The notes beneath the pieces are model-generated. The model had not been told where the DNA came from, did no database searches, and saw nothing but the letters and a program-made list of their open reading frames with translations. From contig CDRNVI010000043.1 of NCBI GenBank assembly GCA_977017575.1, positions 682,001 to 746,000 on the forward strand: 64,000 nucleotides of DNA. The letters are read 5' to 3'. A program made the position numbers and the translations under genes. Positions 19,454 through 27,647 of this stretch are shown piece by piece. Numbering within the stretch: position 1 is the stretch's first letter; every line of letters starts with the position of its first letter. This DNA comes from Paramoeba atlantica. Lineage: Eukaryota > Protista > Discosea.

Positions 19454-22413
19454 CATGGGTATCCGGCTGGCGTGGGCGCTTTGCGGGGCGATGCCTCGGA
19501 GGAAATTCTTCGCATTTGTGGTGCGGGATAGTGCACACACGGCCACTTGAGTTGAGAAGCTTGGTGCCAACCTTCGCGTTTATGTCGTCAATAGATGATA
19601 GAAAGCCTTCTACTTCGGATGGATCCCAAGAGTCCATGTCTGCTGCAAAAGCAACCGAGGAAACGTAGGCTGAGGTTGCGTGAAAGGATGCTGACCGTAA
19701 CCCGAATCCTCCGTGTTTTTTCAGGCGCTGAATTTGGGACCGTGCAGAGGGAGGCAAGGGGCATAAACATGACTCTACCGCGTGCATGAGAAAATCATCC
19801 AGACGCTCGCATAAAAGTGTAAGTGATTGTGGTGGGGCCGTGCGGAGAGCGTGGACCATTTTGCAGAACCCGGCGCATTGCCGAATAAGCGCCATTGAAA
19901 CCTGTGGGTCTTTGATTCTAGTTATAGCTTCTAACGCCGTTTCTGCTGGTTCAATGGCGTGCGTTGTCAGGTATTCGGAGCAATACTCTGGGGATCCAAT
20001 CGGACTTCCTAGAACGCTAAAGTCGCCACGTACGTTGATTTTGGTGTCCGGTATGTCGGGAAACAAATTTGTCACGTTAGCCGAGGCAGGGGAGGTAATG
20101 ATTTCACACTTCGACATGTTCAAGTGCAAGCCCCAGCGAGGGCCTACCCTGGCGATCGTGTCCAGTGCATTTCTGGTGTCTTGGGCCTTGCCTATGAGAA
20201 CCCCGTCGTCAAGGTACCATAATTGTAGGTCCAAGTCGGCCTGGTGATTGATTTCGTTTGCTAATTCCAGGGCGACCAGGGAGAAGAAAAGAGGTCCGAG
20301 GGGGTACCCTTGTTGGACACCTTCGTCCGATAGGAGCGTGTGGGTTCGGTAAGTCAATGCACTAGTGGTGGTATAGCACCAGCTTGCCCATGGGAATAAT
20401 TCTGGGAAGTGCTCGCTTACAAGCTTCAGGAAGGCGGTTCTGCTAACGTTGTTAAAGGCGTTTCTGAGGTCTACTTTGCAAAGAACAAAGTCAGGGTTAT
20501 CAGTGTGGATGGCCATGGCTTGTCGACAAGTGTGGATTATGCGTTCAGCTCCGACTGGTGTCGCCACTCCGAACTGTAGCCCTGCGAATATGCCGCTTGC
20601 CTTGGCTTTAACTACGTTGCACGCAGTTTTGCTGACCAATCGACGAATAGTTTCCCCCGCAGCTATGGGTCGGACGTCGTTTTCGCCCTTTTCTAAGGCG
20701 CAAAGTCTGGCTCCGGCGAAATACGGTTGAACCTCTAGAGGGGCTTTACCGGCTAGAAGGTGATTTACGAGGTTTGTAATAGCTTTGAGAGGTTTCGTAG
20801 TGTTGTCTACCTGCGCTAGGAGTGCCACTTGTAGGTGTTCTGGGCGTAGGCCCATGGTTCCGGCGGAGGAGCCTCGGTGAAAGCTTTTGATGGTTTTCGC
20901 GACTGTCGCTTCATCTACCTGTAAGGGCGCTGTTGGTGGGGGGGTGTAATCGATGGCGTCGCTGTCTGAAAGGCGGCACGGGTGTTTGTTCTGAAGCTTG
21001 ATATACGTTTCTTCGTCGTCAGGAGCCATTGGGTCAGCCGTGAGTGCTGCCATTCCTCTTGAGTACTCGCCTTGTCGAACCAGCAATTCTGACCGGATGG
21101 CAGCTTTTTCCTCCTCATCGTGAACTATGTTAGGGGTTGCGGATTGCTTTTTGAGGGCGTTGTTTACTGTATCATTCCACAAGGGTACGTAATCTTGCGC
21201 CAGCCATCGGTTCATGCACTTTTCGACGAATGATGCGTATGTTGTGTGATTCTTGCGTCCTCCTCGGTGCGGAGCTGGTAGGAGACACTTCGGGAGCATA
21301 GCGAATAACGTCCACGCGGCGGGGGAGTTTTCCTTGACTGCGTTTTCGGCCGTTTTTGTTAAGATTTCTCCCCAAAGATGACGGCATCGGGCGGGGACGT
21401 CTTTGCAAGTGCTCAATTGTGTCTGAGAAATAGAGGCCAACGAGGGAAGCTCGGGTTGATGCATCTGAGTTGTGGGGGGGTGGCTTTCGTCGCTTGGGTG
21501 TGACATGTGTGATGGGCTTTGAGGGGTTGTCATCTTTCCCTTGCAGGACTGTGGGTGTGTTTCCCTTTTATTGACATCGTAAGAGCGCCCGCATGCAGCA
21601 CACAGGAATCTACCTTCTGTAGCCCACCAGGCGGCAGGGATGCTGCTACCGTGACGACAGGCGACGTGGTTATAAAACGCTTGCCACGATACCCCGTGCG
21701 CCGGGCTCCGCCAAGTGCATCCCATCGCCGGGCATTCTCGGAATTCTTCTCTGTTTTGTGTAACTTCGGTGGCTGAGTCCTTGGCCTCAGCTAGGAGAGG
21801 TGAGGGAGGGTTTTTCTCTGTCGCCGGTATTCGTTTAGAATGCCTCGTGTCTGTCTTCGTGGGTCCTTTCGAGGGAGAAACGTTGTGTAGCAGACGGGGA
21901 GAGACGTCCTGTACTACGGCATTAAGCTTCAGTGTTTTGTCGGGGGTCCGAGATGCAGGTGCGTTCTCATGAGTTGTGCTCTGCCGTCTTACCCCACAGT
22001 GTTGCATTTCCTCGTTTTCTGCCTCAGTATGGCCCGTGTCTGGAGTTTCCCTCTCCTGTGCAATTTGGCGTGCGTGATCCATCCATTCCGCGGGAATATC
22101 CATGGGGATCGGCGTGGTATAAAGTTGCTCGTTGTATGTACTTGCAGTGGAGATCAAGTGTTTGTTCCCCTCAAACTGGTCCCAACTGCCGAGTCGGTGG
22201 GAACGCTCTTCATCGGTGAAAGTGCCTTCGCTGAGCTTACCTTCGTTTGTGTTAGTCAATATGTGGGGTGAAGGTGGATTTTTGTCTAGGCTTGCGCGAG
22301 ATCGAAGACTTTGATCGCTTTTCATGGGGAAGGACGCTAATCCCCGGGGAGTAACTAAAGAAAGGAAAGATAATTCAACAAGGTACAGAAACTGTATCTT
22401 TATCGTTAAAGTT
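19454..22413 (-). mobile_element. A2: 3'-truncated near-identical duplicate of A1 (ATG 22325, SL 22376-22413)
   Basis: Offset 9736 from A1. It shares QGYP, shows one visible amino-acid difference (RTAPP vs RTTPP) and lacks the RLE. Confidence 0.9.
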
Positions 22414-22905
22414 TTTTTTTTTTTTATATCGGATCCAATCTCCATGCGAAGCGATCATATACAGAAGTAACAAAAATGAAATTCAACTAGTAGTAGATAT
22501 TTCTGTTGGTGTTTCAATACTACATAAGAAGTGTACAAAAGCTATCACTATAAATTCCTTTTCGAAAGAATCGTAGATTGATATATCTTTTTGACTAGCC
22601 TATATTGCGTTAGTAGTTTTCCGAAAACGAAAGCGTCCTAAAATATATATATATCTTTCGGAAAACCCCAACAGAAATACTCTGATTTTTTTATGCTATA
22701 AAAAATCCATTTATACTAAATTATCTTTTTTATATCGGATCCAATCTCCATGCGAAGCGATCATATACAGAAGTAACAAAAATGAAATTCAACTAGTAGT
22801 AGATATTTCTGTTGGTGTTTCAATACTACATAAGAAGTGTACAAAAGCTATCACTATAAATTCCTTTTCGAAAGAATCGTAGATTGATATATCTTTTTGA
22901 CTAGC

Positions 22906-25900
22906 CTATATTGCGTTAGTAGTTTTCCGAAAACGAAAGCGTTCAACGCCACGTCTGTCGCCACCTTGAGAAGGGATGTCATCCAGCCTAATGCACCTGG
23001 AGGGCTTATCTGCTAGGTTTCTATCCGAGGGACACCACATAACTTCTGTAATGTACCCCTTCACTTTGAACCAAAAAAGCTTCTTAAGCCAACTCATCAC
23101 TTTTGGTGGGCCTGCCCGCCAACGCGTTAGCCATGAAACCACATTCTTGTTGTCGGAAATTAAAGTGCTATTCCGTAAGTTTTTTTGTCTAACTAAATTC
23201 ATCCCCTGCTCCGCGGCATACAATTCTTTATATGCAATCGATGAATCTTTCAACCAAAAGGGAAACCTTCCAGCCTTATATTTTAGGTCGCCGTGCTCTG
23301 TCCAAGCCAAACCCCACCCTTGATCAGAGGCATCCACAAAAATTTCAAAAGAAGCGACGCTTTTTTCGTTTACTTTTCGAGGGCGATTCTTCTCTACTGT
23401 GTCAATAAGCTCTACAAGATCTGCAATGAACGCCTTTGACATAAAACAGGGTTTGTCCCATAAAGATTGATCGAATGCTATCCTACGGGATCGACCCCGG
23501 ACCCACAACATGACGCCTAAGAACTGACATTGCTGGATACCTAGAATTCGTGTGGCCCAGAAAAGAGTACCCAGTACCTTCCAAATTAGGCGATGAGAGG
23601 GAAAGAAACGACGTCGCTGCAAACATTTAAATGCCTCGCGTAGTGCAGCTAACTTTTGAAGAAAAAGTACGGGGAGTGAAAGAGTTTTCTTCTGGAGATC
23701 CACGTGTACTCCCAATATTGTGCCGCTCACCGTTGGTTGTGTAGTTACCAATATTTCGGCACCAGCACGGTCGGCTCGCTGCTGAATGTTTTGCAAATCC
23801 CCCGTGAGAGTTTCCGTATCATTCGCAAAACTATAGCCGTTATCTATAAATGTCAAAATTCGCTGTTTTTCTATTCCCTGGTACAAGACATTTGTCGCGG
23901 CATGGCCTATTTTCACCGACGCCTGCCAACCCATCGGGAGCGTAGCCCATCCGTATGTTCGCCCTTTGACACGGACTGCGAAGTAAGGGAGCAGCTTTGG
24001 CGGCAAGACGAATTGATGGTACCAACTCTTGCCATCCGTTTCGCAAAAGAAATTGTATTTGGCTACCAAGGTCTCTATATCTTTCAAAGATGCAAGGTCT
24101 AGAGGGCCTGGTACCATCTCTTGCATAGAGTTTAGTGGAATCGCGTTTAAGATGACACGCATAGATTGCTTCTTCACTTTGGGTATCAAAAATGATGTCA
24201 TCCATACTCTTACTGCTCGTCGTGGAATACGCTTCAAAATACCTGCTTGGAGCATCTCGCGGAGCACGGGTCCTAATTTTTTTGATTCGCCCCGATAACG
24301 CAGATCACGGAACTTTTTCAACAATTGCATAAACTTTTCCGGATTAATAATATAATCAAACAGTTCTGCCTCTTCACTCATATCTTCTTCCTTAGCCATT
24401 CTGACTAACTCGGTCAGATTGATTCTGGCGGACGAGACGGCGTCCAGCGGCCAATCTCGTTCACAGGGACGGGTTCTCTCTCCACGCTGGATTCGTCGAT
24501 TGTCAGGGAAGTGTATATTGACGTAGGTGGGGTAGGCGACGAATTCATACAGTATTTCCCACGGAGAGGTGCTCGCACCGACAGGTGCGGCGACGCAGGC
24601 TCGCCCATTACGGTGCTGAGCCTCGTCTTCTTTAAGTGACGCGCGTTTAGCGCTGTCTGAACTTCGTACTGGTCCTCTAGCGATGTTCCCTCCCCCACTG
24701 CGTTCACGTAGTCCGCAAGTTCTTTCTCCATCGCTCGCTTCCTTTTTCTGGTTTGTAACGGGGCGGTTAAGTCGGCTTTCAGCGGGTCTACTAGGTATCT
24801 CGGGACCCGGGACTTCGGAGGACTTGCGTCCGTGATAGAACCCTTCGGAAGCATGTGAACTACTCCTCGAGAGAAATCTTTTCGACACCATGTGGGGTTT
24901 TCGCCTTCGCCCATTTCGCGTAGCACCTCGCGCTCTGTGGTCAGGTACGGATAAGGTAGCGTCTGTTGAGGGATATGCCGATGAGGAGTGTAATAAGGGG
25001 TGGGAAGGTGGTGAGAGTCGAATTTCTGAAGTCGAGAAACGGGAGTTCGTGGATGATCTTCGTCCATCGGGATGGGGGGTAGCATTGCTCCTGCCTCGCG
25101 TGGTTGTTGTTGTTGTTGTTGGAATGCCTCGAGTGGTGTGGGGAGGGATGGCGGGATTGATTCGCGAGGATCGGGAGTTTCTGAATGATCTTCCATCATC
25201 ACGGGGGTTAACAAAGGTTCTTCCTCGCGTGACGTGGGGAGGGACGGCGGGATCGTGTTTGTTGGCTCGGGAAACCGTGATTCGAGAGGTGTCTGCAGCC
25301 GATGACTCACGCCTGTTGGTACGGGGAGTATTGGTGGGTCTGTACGAGGGGTTCGGCTGGGGGAGAGCGGAGTGGAAATTACTCGTATGTTTTTTACACA
25401 GCTTGAAAAGCTTAGGCGTCTGGGGAGGCTCGCCCTCTGCAGGATTCCCCACCGATCTTTTGGTGTTGAGCAATTCGATTGAGTGACCACTCCCATCGTT
25501 TGATCGACGGATAGAATTGAGCTGGGTCCGTTCGTCGGTCTTACCTCTTTCCTCAATGACTCGGGAGTATTTTCCTGCTGTATTTGAATGCTTCCCGTCT
25601 CCACGATAGTTTCGAGCGGCAGGAGTGTCTCTTCGGCTGGTGTGAATCCTCTTTTCTCTGCCGACAGGGTAGTTCTTGGCTCGTCGAGATCTGGCTTTTC
25701 TTCTCTCCGGGATGTCGTGGCTTGATTGTGACAAATTTCCCGGGTCTGCGTCGTAGGATGCTCGAAAGGCACGGCTACGTATTGTCCTAGTTTTCGAGAC
25801 ACCTCTAATCCCGCTATCGCTCTTGGGTCTAGAAACGAGCCGAGATACGCCCGCAGGGAAGCTTCGGAAACGTGCCGAGTCAGTTGCTGTATCGCTACTG

Positions 25901-27099
25901 CATCTTCCCCAGCCGCCGCGAGATGCTGGAGCGCGCCGCGTCTGATGGAGTACAAGGTGTGTTTTTCTTTTAGAAGAGGGTGACGAGTAACAACTGGGAT
26001 TTTTCTCAATCGCTGATCGATTTGGTGTAGCTTCACCCCGGGGAATAATTGCTGTTCGTTTGCCTCTCGTCTCCGCCATATCTGATTCACCACAAGGTCG
26101 CTCCAAAATGCCGGAACGTACATTCTTACACAACGCGGACTTAAGCGTTCCGTGGTCGTGGTGTTTTTGCACATTTGGTACATCCATATACTTAATTGCA
26201 ATTCGTGGTTGTTCTCCATCATCGCTATATCGCATACTTTCTGGTTTATCAGGTCTCCTGGTCGCTGGCCCGAAAGCCAGTAGATTATCAGGAATGTTTT
26301 TTCCTCGTCGCAGAGCCCCGGTCCGGCGAGGAAACTCTTCAAACCGGCTAGATCCATGGGACACGCTCTTATTGCTGGACTCGCCCTCCGGTGCATCGCT
26401 CCTTTGAGGGCTTCTATTTTCTTTAATGGGAGCGGCGATCCTCGCAAAGCGTATTCGTTCCCCAAATGGCAAAGGTATTGAGAAACGGTTTGTCCCTTTA
26501 AACCTTCTGTTTCGTTCAGATGCACCGCAAATGCGGCTAGGTATATCTCCTCCTCGAGGTAATGTCCGTAGTCTCGGAGCCGCCCCACATAACTTTGATA
26601 CCGTCGCCATATGCGACGCATAATGTCCCTTGTTCCTTCCGCGAACTTCTCGCGAAAGACATTTTCGGCTTTCAAAACTTCTTGGCAGACTGTTTCTTCT
26701 GATAATTGCTGTATAACTATATTTTTTGGTATTTTTGTTTGTAATAATGACCCCTCTTTTGGGAAAGATCGGCCGGCGCCGAGGAAACTTTGCATTAGGT
26801 GCACTGTACGGTCTTCTCCCTCCCCGTACAGTTTGATGGGGCGTCCGGCCCCGGGGCCGAGTCACTGAGACCCGGCGATGTTGTGGCCGTTTCGGGAGGC
26901 CATTCCCCGTCCGCCTCGGGCGCGCCCTACGCCTCGGAAAGGTCCTCGAAAACGCTCTCCGTACCCGCGCCCTCCTCCGTTTTTTGCGTTCATAGCGGCT
27001 CCTTGCGCGATCGACATATTTTGGTAATACGACATGGTCGCCTCGTGCGCCTGGGTATATTGATCGTCCATCGGGGCGCTCCGCGCAGTTTCTTTCCAA
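22906..27099 (-). CDS. RT-RNase H of VIPER-like 1 (-1 frame; catalytic domains in ~22906-24400)
   Basis: FLIPK, RVILN, DGKSWYHQF, LPMGW, FIDN; RNase H motifs FVDAS, KEL, SDN, NLADKPSR. Confidence 0.88.
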   Translation of the reverse strand: MERNCAERPDGRSIYPGARGDHVVLPKYVDRARSRYERKKRRRARVRRAFSRTFPRRRARPRRTGNGLPKRPQHRRVSVTRPRGRTPHQTVRGGRRPYSAPNAKFPRRRPIFPKRGVIITNKNTKKYSYTAIIRRNSLPRSFESRKCLSREVRGRNKGHYASHMATVSKLCGAAPRLRTLPRGGDIPSRICGASERNRRFKGTNRFSIPLPFGERIRFARIAAPIKENRSPQRSDAPEGESSNKSVSHGSSRFEEFPRRTGALRRGKNIPDNLLAFGPATRRPDKPESMRYSDDGEQPRIAIKYMDVPNVQKHHDHGTLKSALCKNVRSGILERPCGESDMAETRGKRTAIIPRGEATPNRSAIEKNPSCYSSPSSKRKTHLVLHQTRRAPASRGGWGRCSSDTATDSARFRSFPAGVSRLVSRPKSDSGIRGVSKTRTIRSRAFRASYDADPGNLSQSSHDIPERRKARSRRAKNYPVGREKRIHTSRRDTPAARNYRGDGKHSNTAGKYSRVIEERGKTDERTQLNSIRRSNDGSGHSIELLNTKRSVGNPAEGEPPQTPKLFKLCKKHTSNFHSALPQPNPSYRPTNTPRTNRRESSAADTSRITVSRANKHDPAVPPHVTRGRTFVNPRDDGRSFRNSRSSRINPAIPPHTTRGIPTTTTTTTRGRSNATPHPDGRRSSTNSRFSTSEIRLSPPSHPLLHSSSAYPSTDATLSVPDHRARGATRNGRRRKPHMVSKRFLSRSSSHASEGFYHGRKSSEVPGPEIPSRPAESRLNRPVTNQKKEASDGERTCGLRERSGGGNIARGPVRSSDSAKRASLKEDEAQHRNGRACVAAPVGASTSPWEILYEFVAYPTYVNIHFPDNRRIQRGERTRPCERDWPLDAVSSARINLTELVRMAKEEDMSEEAELFDYIINPEKFMQLLKKFRDLRYRGESKKLGPVLREMLQAGILKRIPRRAVRVWMTSFLIPKVKKQSMRVILNAIPLNSMQEMVPGPLDLASLKDIETLVAKYNFFCETDGKSWYHQFVLPPKLLPYFAVRVKGRTYGWATLPMGWQASVKIGHAATNVLYQGIEKQRILTFIDNGYSFANDTETLTGDLQNIQQRADRAGAEILVTTQPTVSGTILGVHVDLQKKTLSLPVLFLQKLAALREAFKCLQRRRFFPSHRLIWKVLGTLFWATRILGIQQCQFLGVMLWVRGRSRRIAFDQSLWDKPCFMSKAFIADLVELIDTVEKNRPRKVNEKSVASFEIFVDASDQGWGLAWTEHGDLKYKAGRFPFWLKDSSIAYKELYAAEQGMNLVRQKNLRNSTLISDNKNVVSWLTRWRAGPPKVMSWLKKLFWFKVKGYITEVMWCPSDRNLADKPSRCIRLDDIPSQGGDRRGVERFRFRKTTNAI
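24414..26804 (-). CDS. Tyrosine recombinase of VIPER-like 1, in frame with gag beyond one TGA
   Basis: Catalytic-type motifs SGQRPGD, YSIRRG, LTRH and AYL, followed by a long low-complexity C-terminal extension. Confidence 0.85.
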   Translation of the reverse strand: MHLMQSFLGAGRSFPKEGSLLQTKIPKNIVIQQLSEETVCQEVLKAENVFREKFAEGTRDIMRRIWRRYQSYVGRLRDYGHYLEEEIYLAAFAVHLNETEGLKGQTVSQYLCHLGNEYALRGSPLPLKKIEALKGAMHRRASPAIRACPMDLAGLKSFLAGPGLCDEEKTFLIIYWLSGQRPGDLINQKVCDIAMMENNHELQLSIWMYQMCKNTTTTERLSPRCVRMYVPAFWSDLVVNQIWRRREANEQQLFPGVKLHQIDQRLRKIPVVTRHPLLKEKHTLYSIRRGALQHLAAAGEDAVAIQQLTRHVSEASLRAYLGSFLDPRAIAGLEVSRKLGQYVAVPFEHPTTQTREICHNQATTSRREEKPDLDEPRTTLSAEKRGFTPAEETLLPLETIVETGSIQIQQENTPESLRKEVRPTNGPSSILSVDQTMGVVTQSNCSTPKDRWGILQRASLPRRLSFSSCVKNIRVISTPLSPSRTPRTDPPILPVPTGVSHRLQTPLESRFPEPTNTIPPSLPTSREEEPLLTPVMMEDHSETPDPRESIPPSLPTPLEAFQQQQQQPREAGAMLPPIPMDEDHPRTPVSRLQKFDSHHLPTPYYTPHRHIPQQTLPYPYLTTEREVLREMGEGENPTWCRKDFSRGVVHMLPKGSITDASPPKSRVPRYLVDPLKADLTAPLQTRKRKRAMEKELADYVNAVGEGTSLEDQYEVQTALNARHLKKTRLSTVMGEPASPHLSVRAPLRGKYCMNSSPTPPTSIYTSLTIDESSVEREPVPVNEIGRWTPSRPPESI

Positions 27100-27647
27100 T
27101 AGCGGCCGTATTCTCGACCAAACTTATGTTTGTAACGAAGATAGTGCAAATTCTCAAACGCGGGCTCCACTGAAACCATCGAAAACGGACGTCCTGCTCG
27201 CGCGTGCAACCCGCAATCTTGGAGGTGTTTCGAGATCGTGTCGAGACTTTCTCTCAAACTTATGGCATCCCCCGCAACCGCACCAGGATCTTTTGAGTTT
27301 CCAAATTGTTTGCGAATTTCATGCTCCAATCGTCCAATTAAATTGTCCCGGTATAGATCACTGCAGAAATGTCGGTATTCCCATTCTTTTGGGCGGAAAA
27401 GCTTTTCGTGGGGGAGGTCATGGGCCGCAGGATCATACCCGCCCGGCGCCGACACACTCTTTGCTGCCATTCCCAGAGCTTCCCGAATTTGCGCGGATTG
27501 CCGCTCCACCGTAGCTTCCAACATACCGATGCGCTCTTGATCAATCTTCGTTGACGCCATGAGTTCCTCCATACGCTGCATCATTCTGGTATTATCCCCC
27601 AACTGCTGGATCACATCTCTCGGAGAGGGTGGCTGACCTTCGGCCAT
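26862..27647 (-). CDS. Gag-like ORF1 of VIPER-like 1 (261 aa; coiled coil, RGG-rich tail)
   Basis: First ORF after the 5' repeat, with heptad-like N-terminus and an RG-rich C-terminus. Gag assignment is by position. Confidence 0.7.
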   Translation of the reverse strand: MAEGQPPSPRDVIQQLGDNTRMMQRMEELMASTKIDQERIGMLEATVERQSAQIREALGMAAKSVSAPGGYDPAAHDLPHEKLFRPKEWEYRHFCSDLYRDNLIGRLEHEIRKQFGNSKDPGAVAGDAISLRESLDTISKHLQDCGLHARAGRPFSMVSVEPAFENLHYLRYKHKFGREYGRYWKETARSAPMDDQYTQAHEATMSYYQNMSIAQGAAMNAKNGGGRGYGERFRGPFRGVGRARGGRGMASRNGHNIAGSQ

